This document shows, one piece after another, positions 37,218 to 50,600 of a stretch of DNA of 64,000 nt. The notes under the pieces are model-generated. The model saw nothing but the letters and a program-made list of their open reading frames with translations. It had not been told where the DNA came from and made no database searches. The DNA is taken from assembly GCA_020137815.1 (NCBI GenBank), contig CM035352.1, forward strand, positions 3,100,001 to 3,164,000, read 5' to 3'. The position numbers were made by a program, and so were the translations under genes. The DNA comes from Hormiphora californensis. Lineage: Eukaryota; Animalia; Ctenophora. How positions within the stretch are numbered: position 1 is the first letter of the stretch; every line of letters starts with the position of its first letter.

Positions 37218-37665
37218 TCACACTATACTAAAACTAAAAGTAAAGACCGGCTAAAATATACTCAGCCATCAAATTGTCTGGGCCTACGACGGACGACCCT
37301 AATAACAAAATTAGGTCCACAATGTGTGAGGGACGTAGAAGATTTCAAGAGAAAAATGGGTCTAAATTTGATGAAATAGAGGCTTTCATAAGATGAATTT
37401 AGGAGCAAGAATATATTAGACAAGTTGTGGAGTTCTCGGACCATTATATATGACTTATACAATTTGTCACGACCATTATGCAGTGGAGCTGTCAAAGTCG
37501 TAGAATGGTAATATTATAATGGCTCACAGAGGGAAGTCTCCACACGTGACATTTCCGTCCAATAATGTGGCAAATAGGGAAAAGGGAATATACGTGCCAG
37601 TGGTTACCTCATACCACTTCATAAAATACTCCATAGCGATGAAGGTGCACTTCGAATTGGTAGTA

Positions 37666-37806
37666 CAGTCGGACCCCGATTTACCGGCACCCTCGGTGGA
37701 AAGGGTTTTGCCCGGTATATCGGGGTGCCCGGTATATCGGGGCAAAATACCGTCAATTTCCTATATCGGGGGAAGATTATCCTCCCGGTAAATCGGGGTC
37801 CGACTG
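37666..37806. mobile_element. 141-bp MITE, TA TSD, CAGT ends (Tc1/mariner/pogo-type)
   Basis: TA|CAGTCGGACCCCGATTTACC .. GGTAAATCGGGGTCCGACTG|TA; degraded copy at ~43585-43713. Confidence 0.9.
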
Positions 37807-38889
37807 TACCTATATATAATGTAGAGGTCGAATGGAAAGAAGCCACCGCGGGATACTAACCAATGAGCTTCCTTTCTGAAAGTCCTCTGACTTAGGAACT
37901 GACAAGGAAAGAGAATCCTTATGACACACCCATTATATTAAAGTAATATGTAACTGGTACAACTGATATAATGTGGCCATCACGTTGTCTAATACGCTAT
38001 TTGCAACGTGAATGTATATCTGTTAAAATCAGATTCACAATTAGTCGGCACGAGAAAGGGCATGGTTTTGAGTTGGGCACGTCGCGCCCCCCATGTTCGC
38101 GCGCCCGTAGGGCGATCCCCTCACATAGGGGGCACAGTCACGACTAGGGCACTCGTAGAATGCTTCGTTCTGCTAAACGGCGCTAGTTAGCGTTTTAATT
38201 TTTGGATTTTCTGATCGGTCATGTTCTAAATGAATGCAACGAACATGTCTCGATTTGAAACTCTCAAAAACCGTGGCGTAATCGCCGATTTGCTCAAATC
38301 GGTTTTTTGGCAATTACGGGAGAACGGAATATCCATAATATCCCAAATTCTGGGATATGTTAGAGGAGACAATTTGACACCTTCTTGTCGAAGGATTTGT
38401 CTCTTATTCTTCTGGTCTTCAACTGACGGCCATTTGAATTAATTTGACCTCTCTTCCCCCGACCCTTAGTCCCACTAAACGACAGCTTTATAAGTAACCA
38501 TCTTTTTTTCCCAGGTAGAGAATCCCTTGAACTGGTGCAACGTATAGGTGAATAAGCCAGAAACGATTTCTGGACAGAGGAATCGACTCTCAAAGTTGGA
38601 TGATTTCAAACAGTGATTGGACTTTTTGGGACACTTTGACTTTAAAAAGAGTGATACATTTATCATTTTCCGACATAATTTTACCTAATTTGACCAACTA
38701 AAGTGTTTAATTAATCGTTAATTGCTTAATTAAGAAAATCGGACGCGCAAATATACAAACGCGCTTGTTTTGGACAGAAATTGCGCGCGCTGAAGAATCT
38801 TCAAAGTGAATCGTGACGGCGCGAACTGAAAAAGTTGCGCGGTTTTTTTTTCGAAACTCGACCAGGACCCATCCTCTTAACCCGTTCTA

Positions 38890-39329
38890 AGGGCCTGCAG
38901 CAAAGACAAAACTACGACCTACAGAAAGTTCAGAACAGTGCGACACGATACATTTATGGGAAAAGAGGAAAACGCGGTGTAACAAAACTTCGCATGAAAT
39001 CACACTTCTTGCCTGTGAAACAGCGAATAGAGTACAAAATTTGCTTGATGGTATACAAGACCCTTCATGATCAATCCCCTCCATACATGTCTGAGTTGTT
39101 AGTGAAGCGGCGTCAGAAAGTGAAATCACTTCGAGTGGATAATGACGTCACCGCTCTGAAAGAGGTGCGGAGGAGTGAGTACCACTACGAAAACACTAGA
39201 GGCGCTTTCAGTATTGCTGCACCTAAATTATGGAATCAGCTACCACGATCAATCCGGGACTCAGAATCCCTTACTACGTTTAAAACATCCCTGAAGACGC
39301 ACTTGTTCTTTAGAGCATACAACCAATGA
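38890..39329 (+). mobile_element. 3' fragment of LINE ORF2 (L2/Crack-like C-terminus)
   Basis: LQKVQNSATR..HFLPVKQRIEYKI..RGAFSIAAPKLWNQLP..FKTSLKTHLF is the typical L2-clade tail. Confidence 0.85.
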
Positions 39330-40879
39330 TCGGCAAAATAATCCTCACTTCCCTACATTTGGTACATCCACATGGATTCCTGAGTAACTACTGTCTCCAA
39401 CTCCTATTCCTGATTCCTGGGCTCCCTTTTTCTCGTGTATCCCCTACTGAGCAGGATCAGGGACCTAAACCATTGAAACATCCAGGGGTGGTGGTATCAA
39501 GCTACCCTTCCCTCCTGGCCCCTTCACCCCTCCCCACCCCATGGGGATGAAGGGAATGCCACCAAACTTCATGGTTCGCCCCCACCATTTTGCCAAAGGA
39601 ATACCCCCGGTATGTAGATGTCATTTTACTACATGTTACTAGACCCTTGATTGGTTTCCCTAGTTTGTATCCCCATCCCCCCACTATCACCTGTGTCATC
39701 CCTCTCTAACCCACACTCTAATTCCAGTCTACCCGACAAATTTCCTCCCAACTACTGATGCAAGAACTGATGCACAGCAACAAGCCCAGTCCTACCTTCA
39801 ACCACCACATCCAGCCGGTACGTGATCTCATCCCCATCCCCTCACTCTGGTAGGTGATAGTTTTGTTTCTTAGTTAAAGTCCACCTGGGATTTATACATA
39901 AACTAAAGATATATTAAGCACTGCCATTGCAACTATTTTAGAACCCCTTCTACTCATCCCCTTGCCCTATCTCCAGGTAAACAAATATGAGTTTAGAAAT
40001 CTGGTGTTGAGGTGACATGACAGCTGTGAGATGACAAGAGGGAATGGTGGGTGTGCCAGTGTCAGCTCTGTAAAACGGTAGGCATCAATGAAGTTATACC
40101 AAATTATATGTAATGCACAATGCACATGTGTATACTCACAGTATTTTTACACAGTACAGTTATACACAGTATAACAGTACACACATACGTCATACATCTG
40201 ATACATGTATTACCAACACTGCGGGTTCATCACCAAGGGAATCTCAAAACACAGTGGTTCACCAAGTTTACAATGCAACTGTTTCGGGAGATAGTTTTGG
40301 TGTTATGGGTCTTACGCAGCATGTTGAGAATTTATATATATTTGCCATTTGCTAACCTACTCTTGACGTTATATCTGTAACCCACACACTCAATTCCAGG
40401 TGTTCAACGGTTGTCCTTCTCAAAAATAGTCCATCAGAGGATAACTACTATCTCAGACCCTGCTAGTTATTGATGGGAAAAGTGGTTTTGTTGTATGTCA
40501 CGCTCCTCTGCTCGCCGTCAAGTGGTCATGGCATCGACATTATTTAAGGTGAGAGCAACCAGTGCTAGTTTATACTTTGTAGTTCTTTATACTAGTAGTT
40601 GACAATTCAAAATGTTTTAAATCTATATTTTTTCTCTCGCCCTACCTGCTACCATTCTATGAATTCTCTCTCTTTCACCCTCAGTAGCTGTCAGTCTCTC
40701 CCTCACTATCTCTCTAGTTATATCTACCTCTCTCTCCGTCTCTCTCAATCTCCTCTCTTTCGTTTTAGTAATGGATTTAAGATATCTCACATGTGATCCC
40801 TTCCTTCTAGTTGTTGTCCTTCAGTTGTTTAGCAGACATAACCCCTGGCAACCGTGTATCTTCCCCTGAAATTTATAAA

Positions 40880-40951
40880 ACTTTCCTAGTGACCCCGTAG
40901 GGTTACTAGGAAAGTGTCATGTTGTTCGGGGCCACGAACAACATGACACTT
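40880..40951. other. Two overlapping stem-loops, possibly a rolling-circle element terminus
   Basis: ACTTTCCTAGTGACCC/GGGTTACTAGGAAAGT and AAGTGTCATGTTGTTCG/CGAACAACATGACACTT. Confidence 0.7.
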
Positions 40952-41087
40952 GCTATTCCCAAGAAAGCAGAAATGAAATATAACCTATTCTCTCTACAGA
41001 TAACTTTACGATAAGAGAGTCGAAGGATATTTTAAACTGCACTGGGGAATCAATAATGAGTTGTCGAACCTAATGGTGAGTTTACAG

Positions 41088-41700
41088 CCCTCTAACACTG
41101 TCCCCCCCCTTTACCAACTCTCTAACACTGTCCCCCTCCCTTACCAACCCTCTAACACTGTCCCCCTCCCTTTACCAACCCTCTAACACTGTCCCCCTTC
41201 CTTTACCAACCCTCTAACACTGTCCCCCTCCCTTTACCAACCCTCTAACACTGTCCCCCTCCCTTACCAACCCTCTAACACTGTCCCCCTTCCTTTACCA
41301 ACCCTCTAACACTGTCCCCCTCCCTTTACCAACCCTCTAACACTGCCCCCTCCCTTTACCAACCCTCTAACACTGTCCCCCTCCCTTTACCAACCCTCTA
41401 ACACTGTCCCCCTCCCTTACCAACCCTCTAACACTGTCCCCCTTCCTTTACCAACCCTCTAACACTGTCCCCCTTCCTTTACCAACCCTCTAACACTGTC
41501 CCCCTCCCTTACCAACCCTCTAACACTGTCCCCCTCCCTTACCAACCCTCTAACACTGTCCCCCCCCTTTACCAACTCTCTAACACTGTCCCCCTCCCTT
41601 ACCAACCCTCTAACACTGTCCCCCTTCCTTTACCAACCCTCTAACACTGTCCCCCCCTTTACCAACCCTCTAACACTGTCCCCCCTCCCTTTCCAACCCC
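41088..41700 (+). repeat. ~31-bp C-rich minisatellite, decaying into homopolymer-rich sequence
   Basis: Unit ccctctaacactgtccccctccctttaccaa, about 20 clean copies. Confidence 0.9.
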
Positions 41701-44700
41701 TAAACCCCCGTCCCCCCCCCCTTTAAACCCAACCCCCCTTTAACACTGTCCCCCCCCCCTTTACCCAAACCCCCTAACCTGTCCCCTCCCCTTACCACCC
41801 CCCCTTCCCCCCCCACCCAACCCTTTAAAAAGCCCCCCCCCACCAAAACCCCAAAACGTCCCCCCCCCCCCTTTTCCAACCCCTAACAAAGCCCCCCCCC
41901 ACCAACCCCCTGGCCCCCTCCCACCACCCCAAACCCCCCCCCCCTTTTTCCCCCCCTAACAGTCCCCCCCCCACCACCCCCAAAAATGGCCCCCCTTTTT
42001 CCAACCCTCAAATGTCCCCCCCCCCCCTTTTCCAAACCCCCCTAACACTGTCCCCCCCCCCTTTTTCCAACTCTCTAACACGTCCCCCCCCCTTTTTTTT
42101 GGGGGGGGTTTTTTTTTCCCTTCCCCCCCTTTTCAACCTTCCCCCTGTCCCCCCCCTTTTTCCAACCCCTAAATGCCCCCCCCTTTTCCTTTTTTCCAAC
42201 CCCCTTAACCTGTTTCCCCTTTACCCAAACCCCTAAAACCCCCCTCTCCTTCCCTTAAAAAAACCCCCTTAAAACCCCCTGGGGTTCCCAAACTTAAACA
42301 AACCTTTGCCCCCGAAAGGGGGTTTTGGGGGAAAGTAAAGGTTTTTTCAGTTCCCAAGGGTTTTAAACCCCTAAGCTAATTTACATCCCGGATTAAGTGG
42401 GGAAAGTGGAATTTTACGGAAAAAAATGTTGCTACCCCAATGCTTTTTTCCCTTTTACCGGGGTAATTTTTAAAACCCCCCTTTTATTTTGGGGCCAAAA
42501 AGGGGGCTTTTTTTTAAAACAGGAAAGTGGCCCAAGAAAAATTCTTCCCCAATTTTAACTGCAGTTTTTTTAAAAAACCAATTAAATATTTTTTAATTTT
42601 CCCCCTTTTTGGGAAAATTTATTGGTTTTTTTGGGGGGGCCCCCCCCCGGGTTTCCATTATAGTGGACCTATTTGCCCAATTTGGGGCCCCTTTGACAAT
42701 TTAAAACTTATATTATTTTATGATTTTTTAAAAAATTTTAGTGTTTTGAAGAATAAAAAAACCTTACGGGCAGTTTTTGAAAAAATTAAAATGGCCAACC
42801 AAACAAAAAATCCAGCATTTTAAATTTTTTATGTTTTAACCCTCCTTACATTTTAAACAGTTAACTAGGCAAAAATCCAAAACAGAACGAGCGGGCCCAA
42901 TTTCCCCATACATGGCCATTTTAAACCCGGGGCCCAAATTTTCCCCCAGTTCCCTTATCGTAAAATAGCCCATGTTAATCTAATCACCAACCCTGCTACC
43001 CAAACCGCATTTTCTATTTTTTATTTTCCCCCCAACACCCCTAATCACACCCAATCCCCCCTAACACCCCATCTCCTCCTCTCCAGGACCACCAGAGTGG
43101 AATCCGAGTTGAATGTAACAACTGCCCACATTTTTGGGGACGGCAACTGGGGGTCGTGTGTGTGTGCTGTGATGTCGGACTTTCCTTTACCCCTAAAACC
43201 TGCATACATCATCTCAAAAGCAGTATTGATCCACCCCCCTTTTTTACTGGTTACATGGAATGGGAATAAATTATAAATCGGAATGGACCCCTAAAAATAC
43301 CAAAACCCTTTGGGAAAGGGGTAAAGGGACCCGTGGAAAAAATAGGACATGGACACTCTTTTTTGGGACACACATTTTTTAAAGCGAAAAATTTTTGAGA
43401 ATGTAGCCCCAAATGACCGCCTGGGGTTTTTTTTTTTAGGATGTTCCAATTCTTACTGTGTTTTAAAAAAAAATCTTAGGTATCCATTTTTATTTCAGCG
43501 GTGGAAATTGGAAAATTTTTTGAATAGCATAAAAAAAATATTTCCCCCCCCCCCCCAAAAAGTTTTTTTTTGGGCTAAAACATGGGTTCCCGATTTACCG
43601 CGATGTGGGGGGAAAGATATTGCCTGATAATTGGGGGTGCCCGGGTCAAATAATGTTAATTTCTTATCCCGGCTCGGGTATATCAACGACCGGTAAATTG
43701 GGGTCCGACTGTAACTTAATAAATAGTTGCTTTGTCCATCACAATCTTTAACACTTATTTCCAGGTACTGATCATTGAGTTTCGAACAATGCCGTGTAAA
43801 CTGTCCTCTATCAATAATTATGCAGCTCCCATCATCCGGTGTAGGCTTTTTTCCTGACAGAGGTATGGTATAATGCTACTTAATAATCAGGTCATTATCA
43901 GGTCATCACAACACTTTAGGGTGTGGCAACATATGTTTGCCACAACCTAAAGTGTTTCAATTTGTATCCTGCTCCCCTCTACAACCGGTCGAAGCACTTT
44001 CGTGGCCGTCACCCGCCCCGTACTGTATATTTTACAGTATAAATCCTAAATCGCATTCTCTCTTCACTCTAATTTAAAATTATATCTCTCTCCCCTAGTT
44101 TGATTCGGTCCTGACCAAGATGTTAACGTTGGTACATATTTGTCCTTTTCCTTCTCATACCAAGTTTCGAATAATGCCATGTGAACTGTCCTTTCATCCC
44201 GTTCCCGAAAATGAGGTATGGTAACAAGATTTAAGTATTCATTTTATGAGTTTTGAATAATCAATTCAGCCCTAAATTACAAATTGGCTTAATTCTGTTT
44301 TCATATGGTGCTAAAATGAACATGGTGGCCACTTATGTCACACTAATACCCTAAGATTTAATCGGGGCGCGCGCGGTTGTTTTTAAAATAAAAGTTGAAA
44401 CGTGTCAGCAGTTGGTAGCGTGGTCTGGGTGTGCGCGTCTTAGCAACCCCTGAACTTAACCAGAAAGCAGGCCCAGCCCCTACGGGGCTTGCCTGCTTCG
44501 CAGGCAAGGTTTTGAGCTAGGAGCGAAATAATTAAATTTTTCCTGCTTTTTAGATTTGCTTCATAGGGCCAATCGTTAAAAAATCTACAATAGTAGAGCA
44601 AGCGGGTTGAGAAAAAGTGATGGAGGAAAATGATTGCCCTTTTTGATATTGCTGTTTTAGGCACATGCCAATCAATATAACCAGTGATTAATTGGTTGCC

Positions 44701-47064
44701 TGCTTCTATATGTCATATGGAATAGCTTTAGTTCGATTAAACCTTTTTCAGAAGACATCGACTATACATGTAATTACCGGTAAGAGAGATTGGAGTGACC
44801 AAAAATTTAGTGGTACATATGAAATATTAATAGATCACAGGTATCACGACTGCAATCATTAGCAATGAAATTTTATTTTTGGAACTGGATGGTATTTGAT
44901 GAGGGAGCATTTTAGATGCTTTATAGAGAGAGGGAGAGGGAGAGAGAGGATTAAAACACAGGTGGTGGTGAAATATAGCAGGTAGGTATGTATATAATCA
45001 CCACGGAGATGTTACCCCCTCCCCCTCCTCCAGATGGGACTAAGGACAAGCAGTTTCCCTCCCTCATAAAATGACCGGGAAAGGAGCCACCTGAAGTTCA
45101 ATTGTTGGAAAAAGAGGAATCTACGAGTTTATCTGTAAAAGAGCCATGCAGGACTTCAGAGAACCCCGGACTAGGGATAAACAAGTTTTCAGGCTTTTCA
45201 AGGCTTCCTCTCGTCAGTGCTGCTTCTGAAGCAGTGCTTCAAGAAGAAATATTTTATGTATACCGATTGGCAGGCAAGAGGCCTTACGAAGTTCCGGGAG
45301 AAAGAATAAATTTAACTTTCCGTAGGTGCATTAAAGTTATTCAGTTATTGAAGTTTAAAACAACGGATGGTATGTGCAAGTGGAAACTGAGAAGCTTCAA
45401 GCAGATCGAGATCTTGAGACTTTAGGGGAGCACTCAGTTGGTAGTGGTACCCATGAGGTGCTTTATCCCACAGAAGAAGCGGACTTGTCCGTATGAACGG
45501 CACAAGCAGCACTGTCAGTCGTGATGAGACTCAAGTTTCAAATTTCATCAAAGAATGGTTTTCAGACAAATGATATCTTGATGGTTGGCAGTAGCGGTGG
45601 TCAAATGACCATTAATTATAGGCGCCGGGGATAATCTCTTTACACACGGGTGAAGGCAAAAAAGAAGTTATTATCCATCCGAAGATCTGAAATGAAATTT
45701 GAAATCTTACTTTCATTAACCGTGACTGCGTTTAGCTAAATCATGAAGAAAGATTAAGGTAGACACTGCTCCTTACTGAAGGAATTGCTGTTTGCTAGCG
45801 TCTGCACCAGGGAATTGCTATTCCCCCACCCAGCAGTTTTCCACAATCAGTCTGATTGGATGTTTCAACATCAGCTGCGTAGTTGGTAGTTGGCTGGTAG
45901 GCTTCACCGCAGAGCATGCCGAACAAAAGGAGCGGGAGCGTAGTTCGCTATAATTTCTGAGAGACAGTGGCAAAAAAAATCCAAAAAACGTCTATCAACA
46001 AAGGAGGTTTTGAAGAAATTCCATGTTCTAAGTATACGTCGACAGTGTCGACAGTGTCGACACTCGACCAAACGTGTTGTAATCAGGTTATAGCCAAAAC
46101 TAATGTATCTCTAATGTGACGATTGATAACTGGCGGTTACCGTGAGAATTTATTTTGTCTGCAGGGCGCAGTGAGACAGGGTTGAGCAAGGCAAGCGGGA
46201 ATGAGGATCCAATATTTAAAATTAACTGGAAGGGGCAAGGGCATCAACCTGACAAGATGTCTACGCTAATTAACCTGCCGAAGAAAATACGGCAACTAGA
46301 AGGAAGGAAGGAATTAAATACTGACGTTTCATTAGCTATATTATAGCGATGCAGAATGCAGGACTGAAAAGATTTGAACCAGTAAGCCAGCTTATGCAAT
46401 AGATCATGAGCTGAACTTATATGTGTTAATAATATATGACGATCCTAATCTGGCAACAGGACGGTGTCGCTATGCTTACTAAGACAAATTAATGGGCAAC
46501 ATATATTTTACATTCATAATTTGTATTATGTCTCTAATTGAATTCAATATGGACCGGAGACAAATTGCAATGTACCGGCTTGGAAAGAGAGAGAGAGAGA
46601 GAGCGAGATAGAGAAAGAGATAAAATTCTCTCATAATTGTCTGAACTACAGTAGGAGCTATATTCTCCCCTACCTCCCATATATTATCCTAGGGAGAGGT
46701 GAGAAAAGAACGCGAAATTACACCTGTTTGTAATTTTCTGGTAGTGGCTTCTTTTCAGCTCATTCACCTTTAATCGGTCATTAAATTGTAATCAACTAAT
46801 CAATGTAGGGCACCTGTCACACTCAGCAGCTGTGAAACTTCCCACAATAGATACATGTAATATAATCGGAAATTAGAAGAAGATACTTTCTTACTTGCGC
46901 CTAAAGATCAACTGCAGTATTGTAGTTAATGGCAAACGTTCAACGTCCAGAGAAAATATATTCAGTTTTTTGAAGAAAGTACTATTCATAGCTGCAGTAG
47001 ACAGGGTAGTGCCGTTATACTACTAGGAATAAGTGTACTACCACCTGTCATGTTGAAAACGTGT

Positions 47065-47645
47065 TATTTAGGTGCCGGCAGGCACCTCCGACCCGAAGAA
47101 AACAGAAAAAACGAAAAAAAAAAATTTTTGCCCCTGCACCAAATCCAAAAAGTGACGGCCCTATTTAGGTGCCGGCAGGCACCTCCGACCCGAAGAAAAC
47201 AGAAAAAACGAAAAAAAAAAATTTTTGCCCCTGCACCAAATCCAAAAAGTGACGGCCCTATTTAGGTGCCGGCAGGCACCTCCGACCCGAAGAAAACAGA
47301 AAAAACGAAAAAAAAAAATTTTGCCCCTGCACCAAATCCAAAAAGTGACGGCCCTATATTTAGGTGCCGGCAGGCACCTCCGACCCGAAGAAAACAGAAA
47401 AAACGAAGAAAAAAAAATTTTTGCCCCTGCACCAAATCCAAAAAGCCGGCCCTATTTAGGTGCCGGCAGGCACCTCCGACCCGAAGAAAACAGAAAAAAC
47501 GAAAAAAAAATTTTTGCCCCTGCACCAAATCCAAAAAGTGACGGCCCTATTTAGGTGCCGGCAGGCACCTCCGACCCGAAGAAAACAGAAAAAACGAAGA
47601 AAAAAAAAATTTTTGCCCCTGCACCAAATCCAAAAAGCCGGCCCT
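47065..47645 (-). repeat. Six tandem ~97-bp copies of a hairpin-bearing element terminus
   Basis: Each copy has the AGGTGCC-ggca-GGCACCT stem-loop abutting TCCGACCCGAAG. Confidence 0.9.
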
Positions 47646-47664
47646 ATATATACAAACGTAGGTC

Positions 47665-47697
<33 letters not shown>

Positions 47698-50600
47698 CAA
47701 ATTTCAGGCAGCGATTGTGGCCACATTTTTTGAGATATCGACCTGAAATTTTGTAGGCGTGTTCTAGTAGTATAACTACGTGTCATAACGTGGCCGGATT
47801 TTTGATTTTTTGCCTAATTAATTAATTATAGGTAATTAAAAAGTAGCCCCTGCACCGTGCCCCTGAGCATGGGGTGTTCTGTCCCCTGGGCATTGCCCCT
47901 GAGCCGAAATTATCTCCCGATCTGCTTGAAATATCGACTTGAAACTTTGTAGGAATGCTCTTCAAGCATAAAAAATGATCTACAAAAAGTTAGAATAGTC
48001 AAAATTAAGTAATCAATGAGTTATAGGCATGCAAAAATGGACATTTCTGGTGCCCCTGAATTTTGCCCCCGGGCATTTGAAAAAACTGCCCCTGGGCAAT
48101 TTTAAAATTCAAACTTGTGGCCACACTGTTTGACATATCGATCTAAAACTTTGTAGGCATGTTCTAGTGGTATAACTGAGAGTCACCACGGAGCCTGATT
48201 TTTGATTTTTTACTTAATTAATTAATTATAAGCAATTAAAATTTTAAAATTGCCCCCGCACTAACAAAAGTGGCCCAGGGGCACCTGAGCCGCAATTATC
48301 TCCCGATCTGCTTGAAATATCGACTTGAAACTTTGTAGGAATGCTCTTCAAGCATATAGAAAGGTCTACAAAAGGTGGGAATATTCAAAATTAATTATCC
48401 AATTAATTATAAGCAATTAAAAAATGGACATTTTTCTGGTGCCCCTGAGCATTGCCCCTGAGCATTTGAAAATATTTTCCGTTCTGCTATAAATAACGGC
48501 CTAAAATTTTGCAGTAATGTAGTTCAAGCATATAGAAAGGTCTACAAAAAGTGGGAATATTCAAAATTGATTATCAAATTAATTATAAGCAATTAAAAAA
48601 ATGTGCAGTGGCAGTGCAGGGGCAAAAAAATAAAGCATATATATGGCGGGAAAATATTTTGGCGGGAAACCGAAAAAGCCCAATAAGCCAAGAACGGGGT
48701 GGGGCCAAGGTCTGGCCCACTAGCTTTTGATCACCTCATCGAGCCCGATCGAACGCGACCAATGTCGACCTCCCACTGACGACCTAAACCCCTAATCCCA
48801 CGTGGTGCCAGCCAACCGCCAGCCAAACGGAAAAATCTAGTGATCCTCTATCAGCTGGTATCAAAATCTAAGCTCTAAGTGACCAGGAACTGGTATTATT
48901 AGTGCTAATTGGCGATAACGTCATAAATCACATAATTACGACTAATAAGTGAACCGGGGTTGGTAGAGACCTGTGGGATGGTACTTTGGACTTTTTATAG
49001 AGTCCCTAATCATATCAGAAAGTCAAATTTAAAATTCCAGACCCAACTTCCCACAACCGACCCTACTATAATAAACAGGCCGCCGCGCATCAAAAAATAT
49101 TTTAACAGCCTGAAGGTTGCTGTTTCGACGAATCTCCCAACTTCGGGTCGGACGAGGGGAAGCTTGCCTTTTGCGATCATATATACAAACGTAGGTCTTT
49201 TTTTCGGGGGGGGGGGGGGGGGGGGGGCAAATTTCAGGCAGCGATTGTGGCCACATTTTTTGAGATATCGACCTGAAATTTTGTAGGCGTGTTCTAGTAG
49301 TATAACTACGTGTCATAACGTGGCCGGATTTTTGATTTTTTGCCTAATTAATTAATTATAGGTAATTAAAAAGTAGCCCCTGCACCGTGCCCCTGAGCAT
49401 GGGGTGTTCTGTCCCCTGGGCATTGCCCCTGAGCCGAAATTATCTCCCGATCTGCTTGAAATATCGACTTGAAACTTTGTAGGAATGCTCTTCAAGCATA
49501 AAAAATGATCTACAAAAAGTTAGAATAGTCAAAATTAAGTAATCAATGAGTTATAGGCATGCAAAAATGGACATTTCTGGTGCCCCTGAATTTTGCCCCC
49601 GAGCATTTGAAAAAACTGCCCCTGGGCAATTTTAAAATTCAAATTGTGGCCACACTGTTTGACATATCGATCTAAAACTTTGTAGGCATGTTCTAGTGGT
49701 ATAACTAAGAGTCACCACGGAGCCTGATTTTTGATTTTTTACTTAATTAATTAATTATAAGCAATTAAAATTTTAAAATTGCCCTCGCACTAACAAAAGT
49801 GGCCCAGGGGCACCTGAGCCGCAATTATCTCCCGATCTGCTTGAAATATCGACTTGAAACTTTGTAGGAATGCTCTTCAAGCATATAGAAAGGTCTACAA
49901 AAGGTGGGAATATTCAAAATTAATTATCCAATTAATTATAAGCAATTAAAAAATGGACATTTTTCTGGTGCCCCTGAGCATTGCCCCTGAGCATTTGAAA
50001 ATATTTTCCGTTCTGCTATAAATAACGGCCTAAAATTTTGCAGTAATGTAGTTCAAGCATATAGAAAGGTCTACAAAAAGTGGGAATATTCAAAATTGAT
50101 TATCAAATTAATTATAAGCAATTAAAAAAATGTGCAGTGGCAGTGCAGGGGCAAAAAAATAAAGCATATATATGGCGGGAAAATATTTTGGCGGGAAACC
50201 GAAAAAGCCCAATAAGCCAAGAACGGGGTGGGGCCAAGGTCTGGCCCACTAGCTTTTGATCACCTCATCGAGCCCGATCGAACGCGACCAATGTCGACCT
50301 CCCACGACGACCTAAACCCCTAATCCCACGTGGTGCCAGCCAACCGCCAGCCAAACGGAAAAATCTAGTGATCCTCTATCAGCTGGTATCAAAATCTAAG
50401 CTCTAAGTGACCAGGAACTGGCATTATTAGTGCTAATTGGCGATAACGTCATAAATCACATAATTACGACTAATTAGTGAATCGGGGGTGGTAGAGACCT
50501 GTGGGATGGTACTTTGGACTTTTTATAGAGTCCCTAATCATATCAGAAAGTCAAATTTAAAATTCCAGACCCAACTTCCCACAACCGACCCTACTATAAT

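Noticed and set aside
38040-38880. Probable DNA transposon ending GGACCCATCCTC-TTAA
   Set aside because: Matching left TIR not found, so boundaries and family are unsupported
41700-43700. Homopolymer-rich region as a novel low-complexity element
   Set aside because: Repeat units and a MITE copy degrade by homopolymer inflation, typical of unpolished long-read base-calling
45000-46400. Possible decayed coding sequence
   Set aside because: No recognisable motif or consistent splice pattern
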